In this document: in pieces, positions 9,981 through 19,515 of the stretch
Layout: the number at the start of each line of letters is the position of its first letter
How positions within the stretch are numbered: position 1 is the stretch's first letter
Assembly (NCBI GenBank): GCA_041690135.1
Contig: JAWLHY010000011.1
Span: forward strand, 32,001-96,000
Direction of reading: 5' to 3'
DNA from: Armatimonadota bacterium
GTDB taxonomy: Bacteria; Armatimonadota; SYMT01
Length of the DNA: 64,000 nt
The notes under the pieces: model-generated
Told to the model about the DNA's origin: nothing
Databases searched by the model: none
What the model saw: only the letters and a program-made list of their open reading frames with translations
Program-made: the position numbers and the translations under genes

Positions 9981-10020
9981 AGAGGCGAGGCGGGACGGAA
10001 GTCTCGCCCCGCCTCTTTTT
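9981..10020 (+). terminator. Intrinsic terminator
   Basis: AGAGGCGAGGCGGGAC-GGAA-GTCTCGCCCCGCCTCT followed by a T tract. Confidence 0.75.
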
Positions 10021-10171
10021 GCGAGTCTCACCTCCACTTCGTTCGGCCGCCACACCTTTCCGCCATGAATGAAGGACAATCCAGAGGGTCTACGACCGCG
10101 CGGTTGCGCATGCGCGGTCCCGGCCGTAGGTTCGATCCCACGGATTTTCTACAGCGCAGAGCGAGGTCTTC

Positions 10172-11698
10172 ATGAGTCAACCCACCGTCCCCGTGCTGAT
10201 TGCCGGCCAGTGGCGCGAGAGCCAGTCCGCCGGCACGTTCCAGGCCGATAACCCGTCGCTGGGCGCGGCGCTGCCGGAGATTTATCCCGTCTCGTCGCGG
10301 GAGGAGGTGCTGGAGGCGATCTGGGCCGGCAGCGAGGCCGCCGAGGCGCTGCGCACCACCTCGGGCGAGCGCATCGCCGCCTTCCTGGAGGCGTTCGCCG
10401 CTGGCATCGAGCAGCGCGCGGAGGAGTTGGTGGAGCTGGCGCATGCGGAGAGCGGGCTGCCGAAATCGCCGCGCCTGAAGGACGTGGAGCTTCCCCGGAC
10501 CACCGGCCAGCTCCGGCAGGCGGCGAAGGCGGCGCGGGAAGGCTCCTGGCGGCGACCGATCCGGGACGAGGCGCTCAAGATCTATTCCGTCTTCGCGCCC
10601 TTGGGCGGTCCCGTGGTGGTGATGGGTCCCAATAACTTCCCCTTTGCCTTCAACTCCGCGGCCGGAGGCGACTTCGCCGCGGCCCTGGCGGCCCACAACC
10701 CGGTGATCGCCAAGGCCAACACCAGCCACCCGGGCACCACGCGCCTGCTGGCGGAGATCGCCCACGAGGCGGCCCAGGCCCAGGGGCTGCACCCGGCGAC
10801 CGTGCAGTTGCTCTACCGCACCCCGCGGGAGGTGGGCCTGGAACTGGTCTCCCATCCGCTGGTGGGGGCGACCGGCTTCACCGGCAGCAAAAGCGCGGGG
10901 CTCCAGCTCAAGGCGGCGGCGGACCGCGCCGGCAAGCCGATCTACCTGGAGATGTCGAGCGTGAACCCGGTGGTCCTGCTCGACGGAGCGCTGCGGGAAC
11001 GCGGTGCCGCAATCGCGGAGGAGTTCTTCGGCTCCTGCACCATGGGCGCGGGCCAGTTCTGCACCAACCCCGGGTTTGTGGTGGTGCCGGACACCGAGGC
11101 GGGACGCGCGTTCATCGAAGCGGCCTGCGCAAAGTTCACCGCGGGCACCCCGGGCGTGCTCCTGGGTAAGGGTGGGCGTGAGGGCCTCGTCGCGGCGGTG
11201 GCGGAACTGCGGAAGTACGGCGCCACCCTCGTTTGCGGGGGCGAGCCGGCCGAAGGCCCGGCCTACCGGTACGCCAACACGCTGCTGCAGGTCTCCGGCG
11301 ACGACTTCCTGAAGCACTCCGAAGAGCTGCAGACCGAGGCGTTCGGCCCCGTCTCCCTGCTGGTGCTCTCGCGCGACACGGAGCAGACCGTTGCCATCCT
11401 CCGGCATCTGGAAGGTAACCTCACGGGAACCATCTACTCCGACACCTCCGGCAGCGATGACGCGGAGTACGCGGTGATCGAGCCGCACCTCCGCCAGAAG
11501 GTCGGCCGCCTGATCAACGACAAGATGCCCACGGGCGTGGCCGTCAGCCCGGCCATGAATCACGGCGGCCCCTATCCCGCCACCGGCCACCCCGGCTTCA
11601 CCGCGGTGGGCATGCCCACCAGCATCGTGCGGTTCGCGGCCCTACACTGCTACGATAACGTCCGCCCGGAGCGCCTGCCGGAAGACCTCCGCCCTTGA
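10172..11698 (+). CDS. Aldehyde dehydrogenase (alpha-ketoglutaric semialdehyde dehydrogenase-like)
   Basis: GPNNFPFAF, GFTGS, EMSSVNPV, GQFCTNPG, EAFGP, HGGPYPAT. Confidence 0.93.
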   Translation: MSQPTVPVLIAGQWRESQSAGTFQADNPSLGAALPEIYPVSSREEVLEAIWAGSEAAEALRTTSGERIAAFLEAFAAGIEQRAEELVELAHAESGLPKSPRLKDVELPRTTGQLRQAAKAAREGSWRRPIRDEALKIYSVFAPLGGPVVVMGPNNFPFAFNSAAGGDFAAALAAHNPVIAKANTSHPGTTRLLAEIAHEAAQAQGLHPATVQLLYRTPREVGLELVSHPLVGATGFTGSKSAGLQLKAAADRAGKPIYLEMSSVNPVVLLDGALRERGAAIAEEFFGSCTMGAGQFCTNPGFVVVPDTEAGRAFIEAACAKFTAGTPGVLLGKGGREGLVAAVAELRKYGATLVCGGEPAEGPAYRYANTLLQVSGDDFLKHSEELQTEAFGPVSLLVLSRDTEQTVAILRHLEGNLTGTIYSDTSGSDDAEYAVIEPHLRQKVGRLINDKMPTGVAVSPAMNHGGPYPATGHPGFTAVGMPTSIVRFAALHCYDNVRPERLPEDLRP

Positions 11699-11929
11699 GG
11701 CAACCGGGTGTTGCGCAAGACTCTGCGGAAAGTAGGAACCTGTTCACCAATTGGCACGACAGGATCAACTTCACTCGTAGTGGAATGGAGCGGCGTCACA
11801 TTCCCTACACTGCCGTCGTCCCCGAGTCTTGCAATGCGCCAACAGCGACTTCTTCGTTCAGGGGAGGCCGACTCGGCCTCCCCTCAATGTTCGGGGCGTC
11901 CCTCACCCACGGGATCAGTATTGAGACAA

Positions 11930-12094
11930 CTACTTCTCCTGGGCCAATCGGTTCCGGTGACGCTGCACCAAGTCTTTCATCACCTGTTCCCCATTCAGAA
12001 GCTCTCCCCGGCATGCTTCCTGTCGTCCAGCGGAGATCTTTTCACGCAACTTCTCGAGAGTTGTCGGACGGGGTGCTTCGGGTTCTTCAGGCAT
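11930..12094 (-). CDS. ParD-like antitoxin fragment (C-terminal domain only)
   Basis: RBS AGGAG + ATG 12094; LEKLREKISAGRQEACRGELLNGEQVMKDL resembles ParD C-termini. Confidence 0.5.
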   Translation of the reverse strand: MPEEPEAPRPTTLEKLREKISAGRQEACRGELLNGEQVMKDLVQRHRNRLAQEK

Positions 12095-12167
12095 CGCAGG
12101 AACTCCTGATGGTGGTGGGGAAACGGGAGCGGTATCTTCGTGTAATAAACTCTCCCCACGTCCTTCC

Positions 12168-13505
12168 ATGAAACGATTTTACCTCCTCTTTTCCGTCCTC
12201 GTGCTTGCCGCCGCCGCCGTGCAGGCCGCGCGTCCCGGTGATTACACCGGGGACCGCTATTTCGACGTCGAGTACGCGCCGTCCACCAAACCGGGGGAGT
12301 TGCCGTATGGCGTTACCTACACCCTCTGGATTCCCGGCGGCGCGAAAACACTGCGTGGCGTCATCGTGCACCAGCACGGCTGCGGGGCCGGGGCGTGCAA
12401 GGGCGGGGAGACGGCGGCGTACGACCTGCACTGGCAGGCGCTGGCCCGGAAGTGGGACTGCGCGCTGCTCGGCCCGTCCTACCATCAGGAAGACGGGCAG
12501 AACTGCCGGCTCTGGTGCGATCCGCGCAACGGTTCGGAGAAGACCTTCCTGCGGGCGCTGCGGGAGATCGGCGAGAAGTCGGGCCATCCGGAGTTGGAGC
12601 GCGCTCCCTGGGCGCTCTGGGGGCACTCCGGCGGCGGGTTCTGGGCGAGCCTGATGCAGGCGCTTCATCCCGAGCGGATCATCGGGATCTGGTTCCGCTC
12701 CGGCACGGCCTTCCAGACCTGGGAGAAGGGGGAGATCCCGAAGCCGGAGATCCCCGTGGCCGCCATGCAGATCCCGATGATGTGCAACCCCGGCGCGAAG
12801 GAGAACGGCGACCAGCGGTTCAACGGCGCCTGGACCGGTACCATGGCGATGTTCCGCGCCTACCGCGCGCAGGGCGCTCCTATCGGGTTCGCCCCCGATC
12901 CCCGCACCAGCCACGAGTGCGGCGACTCGCGCTACCTTTCCATCCCGTTCTTCGATGCCTGCCTGGCGATGCGCCTGCCGGAGAAGGTGGGGATGCCGTT
13001 GAAGCCGGTCGACATGAAACAGGCCTGGCTGGCCCCGGTGCTGGCGACGGAGGCAAAGCCGGCCGTGCGGTTCGAGGGCAAGCCCGAGGAAGCGGTCTGG
13101 CTTCCCAACGAGCGGTTCGCCCGGTACTGGAGCGAGTACGTGCGGACCGGCGCCGTAAGCGACACCACTCCGCCCCCCGCTCCGGCCTCCGTGACGGTCA
13201 CCTCCCGGCCCGAAGGCGTGGAAATCATGTGGAAGGCGGAAGCGGACTTCGAGAGCGGTCTCCAGGCCTTCATCGTGCAGCGCGACGGCCAGAATCTCGC
13301 ACAGGTGCCGGAGAAGCCGGTCGGCCGCTTCGGGCGACCGCTCTTTCAGCGGATGTCCTACCACGATACGCCGGAGGCCCCGATCCCCGAACTTCGGTTC
13401 GTGGACACCACGGCCAAACCCGGGGCGAAACACACCTACCGCGTGATCGCCGTCAACAGCGTCGGCCTTAAGTCTAAACCCACGTCGGCTCGCGTCGTCG
13501 AATAG
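12168..13505 (+). CDS. Secreted alpha/beta-hydrolase-like protein with C-terminal FN3-like domain
   Basis: Signal peptide, nucleophile elbow WGHSGGG, C-terminal YRVIAVNSVGLKS. Confidence 0.75.
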   Translation: MKRFYLLFSVLVLAAAAVQAARPGDYTGDRYFDVEYAPSTKPGELPYGVTYTLWIPGGAKTLRGVIVHQHGCGAGACKGGETAAYDLHWQALARKWDCALLGPSYHQEDGQNCRLWCDPRNGSEKTFLRALREIGEKSGHPELERAPWALWGHSGGGFWASLMQALHPERIIGIWFRSGTAFQTWEKGEIPKPEIPVAAMQIPMMCNPGAKENGDQRFNGAWTGTMAMFRAYRAQGAPIGFAPDPRTSHECGDSRYLSIPFFDACLAMRLPEKVGMPLKPVDMKQAWLAPVLATEAKPAVRFEGKPEEAVWLPNERFARYWSEYVRTGAVSDTTPPPAPASVTVTSRPEGVEIMWKAEADFESGLQAFIVQRDGQNLAQVPEKPVGRFGRPLFQRMSYHDTPEAPIPELRFVDTTAKPGAKHTYRVIAVNSVGLKSKPTSARVVE

Positions 13506-13840
13506 CCTCTATCTCTGCGCCTTCCATATGTCGGTAGTCCCATCTTGAACCCGATGGGACTGCCGTTTCGCTCCATACAACATCCGCACCACGCACCGGT
13601 AGGAGCGAACTCATACACGTACCTACCACCTCCGCCCCGGCTACTCTGCCGCGGCTTTGATCCCCAACCGAGCGCCCACGGAGGTGGGCAGCGTGTTTTG
13701 CCCGAGCCCGACCGTTCAGGGTCGGGGGGACCGCGGAAGTGCGCCCTCGATAGAGGTTCCTGGTACCCATCTCGCATCGTTATCTCCCCGGTTTCACCAC
13801 TTTCCAATGCCTGCCCGTTTCCCTGCCCCTCCGATCTCAT

Positions 13841-13864
13841 ATAATATTACGGTCGTAATCTTAT
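13841..13864. promoter_or_regulatory. Palindromic operator (probable TetR site)
   Basis: ATAATATTACG-GT-CGTAATCTTAT (10/11 inverted repeat) upstream of the fabF-tetR pair. Confidence 0.7.
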
Positions 13865-13897
13865 TCAGGAGCCATGGCTCGGAAAGAGGTAGGGAGT

Positions 13898-15136
13898 ATG
13901 GAACGTCGGGTCGTCATCACCGGTATGGGCACCGTCAATCCGCTGGGGCGTACCGTGCCCGTCTTCTGGGAGGCCCTCTGCGCGGGCCGGAGTGGGATCG
14001 ACCTCATCCGGCAGTTCGATCCCTCGGAGTTCAAGGTGCGGATCGCCGGTGAAGTTAAAGAATTCGATCCGGCGGCGGAGCTAGGCGCCAAGGCGGCGCA
14101 ACGCCTGGACCGCTTTTCCCAGTTTGCGTTGGTCTCGGCCCTCCAGGCGGTAGCGGAAAGTGGAATTGATTTCTCGCAGGAGGACCCCTATCGCTGTGGA
14201 GTCGTTCTGGGCTGCGGGATCGGCGGGCTGAACGAGTTTGAAGAAGGCCATGCCCGCTACGCGCAGGGTGGGGCGCGCAAGGTGAGCCCCTTCATCATTC
14301 CGAAGATGATGCCCAACGCCGCGCCGGCCACGCTCTCCATTCACTTCGGCCTGGGCGGCGCGTCCACCGCGGTGGCCTCGGCCTGTGCCTCGTCCGCGGA
14401 TGCGGTGGGAGAGGCGTTCCGCGCTATCCGCGGCGGCTATGCCGACGTGATGCTCACCGGCGGGGCGGAAGCGCCGATCACGCCCGTAGGATTGAGCGGC
14501 TTCATGGCGGCCCGCTCCCTCTCCACCCGGAATGAGGACCCGGCCGCCGCCAGCCGGCCGTTCGACCGGGACCGGGACGGCTTCGTCCTGAGTGAAGGCG
14601 CGGGAGTCGTCGTGCTGGAGGAGTTGGAGCGAGCGAAGAAACGGGGGGCGGTCATCTACGCTGAACTGCTCGGGTCGGCCAGCACCTCCGACGCGCACCA
14701 CATCACGGCGCCGCATCCCGATGGCATCGGCGCCGCGCGGGCGGTGGAAGAGGCGCTACGGGATGCGAGACTGCGCCCGGAGGACGTCGATTACGTGAAT
14801 GCCCACGCAACCAGCACCGGGCTGGGCGACATCGCGGAGACCCGCGCGCTCAAACGCGCGTTCGGACCGCATGCTTACCGCCTGGCGGTGAGCAGTATCA
14901 AGAGCATGACCGGCCACCTCTGCGGGGCGAGCGGCGCCGTCGAACTGATCGCGACCGCCCTCGCGCTCCATCACGGGGTGATCCCGCCGACCCTGAATCT
15001 CGAGAACCCCGATCCCGAATGCGATCTGGACTATGTCCCGCGGGAGGCGCACCAGAGCCCCATACGCCGTGCCGTCTCCACAAGCTTCGGTTTCGGCGGG
15101 CACAACGGGTGCCTGGTCGTCGGCAAGCTGGAGTAA
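13898..15136 (+). CDS. fabF: 3-oxoacyl-ACP synthase II
   Basis: RRVVITGMG, catalytic SACASS, NAHATST, KSMTGH, SFGFGGHN. Confidence 0.92.
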   Translation: MERRVVITGMGTVNPLGRTVPVFWEALCAGRSGIDLIRQFDPSEFKVRIAGEVKEFDPAAELGAKAAQRLDRFSQFALVSALQAVAESGIDFSQEDPYRCGVVLGCGIGGLNEFEEGHARYAQGGARKVSPFIIPKMMPNAAPATLSIHFGLGGASTAVASACASSADAVGEAFRAIRGGYADVMLTGGAEAPITPVGLSGFMAARSLSTRNEDPAAASRPFDRDRDGFVLSEGAGVVVLEELERAKKRGAVIYAELLGSASTSDAHHITAPHPDGIGAARAVEEALRDARLRPEDVDYVNAHATSTGLGDIAETRALKRAFGPHAYRLAVSSIKSMTGHLCGASGAVELIATALALHHGVIPPTLNLENPDPECDLDYVPREAHQSPIRRAVSTSFGFGGHNGCLVVGKLE

Positions 15137-15166
15137 GCAGCCCGTCACCGCGGGAAACTCGAACCC

Positions 15167-15766
15167 ATGCGTTATCCACCCGAACACAAAGCCCGGACCC
15201 GCGAGCGGATCCTGCAGGCCGCCGCTGATGTCTTCCGCCGGCAGGGCTACCACGCCGCCGGCATTGACCAGGTGATGGCGGCCGCCGGGCTCACGGCCGG
15301 CGCGTTTTATAACCACTTTCCGTCCAAAGAAGCTCTCCTTGCGGAGGTGCTGCCGTATCTCCTTTCCCGGAAACTCGGAATCCTGCCGGAACCCGAGTCG
15401 CCCTCCGGCGAGAAAGCCTGGGCCCTCACCTTTATCGAGAGTTACCTGAGCGCGGCGCATCGGGATCATCCGGAGCGGGGCTGCGCGGTGCCGGCGGTGG
15501 TGTCCGAGTTGCCCCGCTCCGGGGAGGCCCCGCGGACGGCGTTTCAGGATCTCCTCCGCGCCCTTCAAAGTCGCCTGGCCGATGAATTGGGCGGTAGCGG
15601 TCCGGAAGAACCCGCGCGGGAGCAGGCTCTGGTGCTCCTGGCGCTCTGCGTCGGAGGGATCACCCTCTCCCGAGCCGTGCCGGACGCGGATCTTCGTGAA
15701 GAGGTGCTGGTTGCCTGCCGCAAGCACGCACTCCGGCTCCTCCAGCAGGAGCAGCCAGGCGAGTAG
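15167..15766 (+). CDS. TetR/AcrR family regulator
   Basis: RERILQAAADVFRRQGYHAAGIDQVMAAAGLTAGAFYNHFPSKEAL. Confidence 0.95.
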   Translation: MRYPPEHKARTRERILQAAADVFRRQGYHAAGIDQVMAAAGLTAGAFYNHFPSKEALLAEVLPYLLSRKLGILPEPESPSGEKAWALTFIESYLSAAHRDHPERGCAVPAVVSELPRSGEAPRTAFQDLLRALQSRLADELGGSGPEEPAREQALVLLALCVGGITLSRAVPDADLREEVLVACRKHALRLLQQEQPGE

Positions 15767-15820
15767 GGCGATGAAGCGGTCTCGAGCGAAAAACGGTGAG
15801 GACATACCGGAGCATCAATC

Positions 15821-15884
15821 TTGACATGCAACCACATGGTTGCGTATGATGCGCTCGGGACATGCAACTGATGAGTTGCATGTC
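15821..15884 (+). promoter_or_regulatory. sigma70 promoter overlapped by two ArsR-type operators
   Basis: TTGACA (15821)-18 nt-TATGAT (15845); inverted repeats GCAACCA-CA-TGGTTGC (15828-15843) and GACATGCAACT-GATG-AGTTGCATGTC (15859-15884). Confidence 0.8.
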
Positions 15885-15903
15885 TTGGGAGGGAGTGAAC
15901 CCC

Positions 15904-16212
15904 ATGGACCAGGTATTCAAGGCGCTCGCCGATCCCACGCGCCGCCAATTGCTCGATCGGCTCCACGCGGACAACGGCCAGACCCTCGGTGAGCTTTGCG
16001 AGCACCTGGCCATGACCCGGCAGGCGGTGACCAAGCACCTTGGGGTACTCGAAGAGGCGAACCTCGTGGTTGCGGTGCGGCAGGGACGGGAGAAGCTCCA
16101 CTACCTCAATCCCGCGCCGATCCACGAGATCTACGACCGCTGGATCGGCAAGTACGAGCGCCACCGCCTGGAGGCGCTGGCGCAGCTCAAGAGAGGTCTC
16201 GAGGAGGAATAG
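15904..16212 (+). CDS. ArsR/SmtB family regulator
   Basis: MDQVFKALADPTRRQLLDRL...MTRQAVTKHLGVLEEANLV. Confidence 0.93.
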   Translation: MDQVFKALADPTRRQLLDRLHADNGQTLGELCEHLAMTRQAVTKHLGVLEEANLVVAVRQGREKLHYLNPAPIHEIYDRWIGKYERHRLEALAQLKRGLEEE

Positions 16213-16213
16213 A

Positions 16214-16696
16214 ATGGATAAGCCTAGCTTCGTGTACGTGACCTATATCGCCACCACGCCGGAAAAGCTGTGGGAAGCCCTCACCAGCGCCGAGTTTACG
16301 CAGCAGTACTGGGGCCGTGACTGGCCCCGGCCCGGAAGCGTCCGCAGCATTCAGTCCGACTGGAAAGCCGGCTCGCCCGTCCGGATGGTGCTGGGGGACG
16401 GGGAGATCGAGTGGTGGGGAGAGGTCCTGCAGGCCGACCCCCCGCGCACCCTTTCCTACACCTTCTGCGTGGAGATGGGGACCGAAACGCGCTCCCGGGT
16501 ACGCTTCGAGATTGAACCCTCGGGTCCCGCCGTCAAGCTGACGCTCATCCACGACCAGTTTGCGCCGGAGGCCACTGCGGAGGCGCTCGCCGGTGCGATC
16601 AGCAACGGGTGGCCGGCCATCCTGTCGAGTATGAAAACCCTGCTCGAACGGGGCCGTGCCCTGGAGTTGGGAGCGCCGGCCTCTGCCTCCGGCTAA
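16214..16696 (+). CDS. SRPBCC/AHSA1 (START-like) domain protein
   Basis: YVTYIATTPEKLWEALT...GWPAILSSMKTLLE; canonical partner of this ArsR type. Confidence 0.92.
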   Translation: MDKPSFVYVTYIATTPEKLWEALTSAEFTQQYWGRDWPRPGSVRSIQSDWKAGSPVRMVLGDGEIEWWGEVLQADPPRTLSYTFCVEMGTETRSRVRFEIEPSGPAVKLTLIHDQFAPEATAEALAGAISNGWPAILSSMKTLLERGRALELGAPASASG

Positions 16697-16916
16697 GAAA
16701 ACCTCCCGCCGCGTTCAATCGAGGGGAGGGCCTGCCGCTGCGGCGCAGGTCCTCCCCTCGTTGTGTGAGAAGCGGATTGAATTCCGCGCAGGCCGGGAAT
16801 GGGGGAGAGGTTGGGCTCCATCCGTTGAGCTTGAGAGTGCGACGTGTTTAACCCGGGGGCAACTGTCCTGCCTATACTGAGCCGTGCCTACGGAAGAGGA
16901 GAAGGATCAACGCTCG

Positions 16917-17588
16917 ATGGGGCTGCTGCAAGTTTCGGAGATCGATTGCGACGCGCTGCTGTTCGACCTGGATGGGACGCTGGTCGACTCGACGGAGGTG
17001 GTGGAGCGGTTGTGGCGGGAGTGGGCCGCGCGGTTCTCCCTGGACGCGGAAGAGATCCTGGCGGTGTCGCATGGACGGCGGGCCGAGGAAATCATGCGCC
17101 TGGTGCTGCCGGATCTTCCCAACCCGGCCGAAGAAGCCGCCGCGCGGATCCGCCAGGAGGAAGAACAGACGGAAGGGCTGGTGCCGATCCCCGGCGCCCC
17201 GGCCCTGCTCGAGAGCCTTCCGCCGGACCGGTGGGCGGTTTTCACTTCCTGTACCGGTCGGCTTGCCGAGGTGCGGCTAACCAGCGTCGGGCTGCCGGTG
17301 CCTGCGGTGCTGATCACCGCCGACGCGGTCGATCGCGGGAAGCCCGACCCGGAAGGATTTCTTCGGGCCGCGCGTGAGTTGGGCTGGGAGCCGCGCCGGT
17401 GCGTGGTGGTGGAGGATGCCCGCGCCGGGGTCGAGGCGGGCCACGCGGCGGGAATGAAAGTGGTGGGCGTGACCACCACGCTCCCCGCGGAGGTGCTCCG
17501 CGCCGACATACACGTTCCGGATCTCAAAAGCGTTCGGGTCGATCGTGGTGAGCGGTTGACGCTCCGGATCGACCCGCGAGGAGGATAG
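16917..17588 (+). CDS. HAD-IA sugar phosphatase (YfbT-like)
   Basis: LFDLDGTLVDS, GKPDPEGF, VVEDARAG. Confidence 0.92.
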   Translation: MGLLQVSEIDCDALLFDLDGTLVDSTEVVERLWREWAARFSLDAEEILAVSHGRRAEEIMRLVLPDLPNPAEEAAARIRQEEEQTEGLVPIPGAPALLESLPPDRWAVFTSCTGRLAEVRLTSVGLPVPAVLITADAVDRGKPDPEGFLRAARELGWEPRRCVVVEDARAGVEAGHAAGMKVVGVTTTLPAEVLRADIHVPDLKSVRVDRGERLTLRIDPRGG

Positions 17589-17592
17589 ACCC

Positions 17593-18624
17593 ATGGCGGT
17601 ATCAGCTACCACCAACCGGCGGATCGTCCTGGCCGAGCGTCCCACGGGTGCGCCCACGGACGCGAACTTCCGCATGGAAGAGAGCCGCATCCCCAGCCCC
17701 GGCGAGGGGGAGGTGCTCTTGCGCACGCTCTATCTTTCCCTGGACCCTTACATGCGGGGTCGCATGAGCGATGCGCCCTCCTACGCCGAGCCGGTCCCGG
17801 TGGGGGGCGTGATGGAGGGCGGCACGGTCAGTCGCGTGGAAGCTTCGCGCCACCCCGATTACCGGGAGGGAGACCTGGTGGTGAGCTACTCCGGGTGGCA
17901 GGATTACGCCCTTTCGGACGGCTCCGGCCTGGTGAAGCTCGATCCGGCGATGCCGCGCCTTTCCTACGCGCTGGGGGTGCTGGGCATGCCGGGCTTTACC
18001 GCCTATATGGGCCTGCTCGACATCGGGGAGCCCCAGGCCGGGGAGACGGTCTCCGTGGCGGCGGCAACCGGGGCGGTCGGGTCCGTGGTGGGGCAGATCG
18101 CCCGGCTCAAGGGTTGTCGGGTGGTGGGGATCGCCGGCGGCCCGGAGAAGTGTGCCTATGCGGAAGCGGAGCTGGGTTTCGATGCCTGCATCGATCATCG
18201 CAGCCCCGACTTCCCGCAGCGATTGGCCGAGGCGTGCCCGCGGGGTATCGACGTCTACTTTGAGAACGTCGGCGGCGCGGTGTTCGACGCGGTGCTTCCC
18301 CTGCTGAACCCTAAGGCGCGGGTGCCGGTATGCGGCCTGATCTCCCAGTACAACGCGGAGCGCCTTCCCGAGGGCCCGGACCGCACCCCGCTGGTGATGC
18401 GGGCGATCCTCACGAAGCGCCTCAAGTTCCAGGGCTTCATCATCTTCAGCGACTACGGCGACCGCTTCGACGAGTTCCTGGCGCAGATGAGCACCTGGGT
18501 GGCGGAAGGGAAGATCCGCTACCGGGAAGACGTGGTCGAAGGGCTGGAAAATGCCCCCCGCGCCTTCATGGGTCTGCTCGAAGGCCGCAACTTCGGAAAA
18601 CTGGTTGTGCGGGTCAGTGAGTGA
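17593..18624 (+). CDS. NADP-dependent oxidoreductase (CurA/YncB, MDR superfamily)
   Basis: YLSLDPYMRGRM, GMPGFTAY, AAATGAVGSVVGQIA, YFENVGG, NFGKLVV. Confidence 0.93.
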   Translation: MAVSATTNRRIVLAERPTGAPTDANFRMEESRIPSPGEGEVLLRTLYLSLDPYMRGRMSDAPSYAEPVPVGGVMEGGTVSRVEASRHPDYREGDLVVSYSGWQDYALSDGSGLVKLDPAMPRLSYALGVLGMPGFTAYMGLLDIGEPQAGETVSVAAATGAVGSVVGQIARLKGCRVVGIAGGPEKCAYAEAELGFDACIDHRSPDFPQRLAEACPRGIDVYFENVGGAVFDAVLPLLNPKARVPVCGLISQYNAERLPEGPDRTPLVMRAILTKRLKFQGFIIFSDYGDRFDEFLAQMSTWVAEGKIRYREDVVEGLENAPRAFMGLLEGRNFGKLVVRVSE

Positions 18625-19099
18625 ACCCAGCGCGTGACCTTGGGGCCCGTCTCACCCCTGGCTGGTAGTCAAGCGCTTTAGCGCTGTTCGCATTCGCGAT
18701 GGGGGATCCGGTACCCGTACCCAGGCGGACCGCGAACAATGCTGGCGGCCGTAGCGCAGAGCACGCGCTGTTAGCAAATCCGCGAGCACCCTGTGAGCAC
18801 AGTGAGAGGCATCTGTGCAGAGCAGGTCCCGTTAACGAGATCGCAAGCACGCGGGCTCAAGCCCGCTACTACAAGCCGGTTAGGTCGGGTGAACCACCGG
18901 CTTCCGGAACCGCACCAGATCGCCCACGCAGGCACTATCCTGGGTGATGTGGGGAGACTCCACCGCCGTCTTGTATACCCAACGGGCGCCCACGGAGGCT
19001 TGTGCCCGGGCCGGGCATCCTTCGGGTGGCGCTTGCGGGTGTGGGTGTGGGCAGCGTGTTGTACTCAAGCTCGACCGTTTAGGGTCGGGACGAGGCGCG

Positions 19100-19270
19100 T
19101 CACGGCCTTTCGGCGGGCAGGGAGATCGGGGTGCCTCGCGGCGGCGGATTCGGCGCATCCCGACGCGGGGTGCGTTCCTGGCGCGGGCCGGGAATGGGAA
19201 TACAGCACACGCAGCCCGTCAGGCTGGTGACCATCAGCGCCAGCAGGCCAACGACAACGACTCGACGCAC
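19100..19270 (-). CDS. Small putative lipoprotein (56 aa)
   Basis: GGAG RBS + GTG 19270: MRRVVVVGLLALMVTSLTG-CVCCIPIPGP..., lipobox LTGC, Pro/Arg-rich tail. Confidence 0.55.
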   Translation of the reverse strand: MRRVVVVGLLALMVTSLTGCVCCIPIPGPRQERTPRRDAPNPPPRGTPISLPAERP

Positions 19271-19515
19271 GGTTGACTCTCCGCTCGGGACCGGGCACAG
19301 CCCACACAATTCGGGGTCGTGGTGAGCGGGATGCTCCTGGGGCACCGTGGCGCCCGCACGCGACCCTACCCCCAGTAACCTTCCCGGCCGGCAAAGCCTC
19401 CAAACACCGCACGGGGTGGGCAACTCCGGGTCGGAGTTCTTCTCCGGAGCCGACAACCTTTAACAAAACCGGTGACCACGGCGGTAAAGTGAGTCGTTCT
19501 ACCGGAGAGGTCACG

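Noticed and set aside
10028-13433. Long antisense ORFs (10028-11590, 12087-13433), and likewise 22025-23350, 30412-31782, 41264-42790, 43393-44799 and 50003-51406
   Set aside because: GC-rich shadow frames opposite genes with clear family motifs; no recognisable domains
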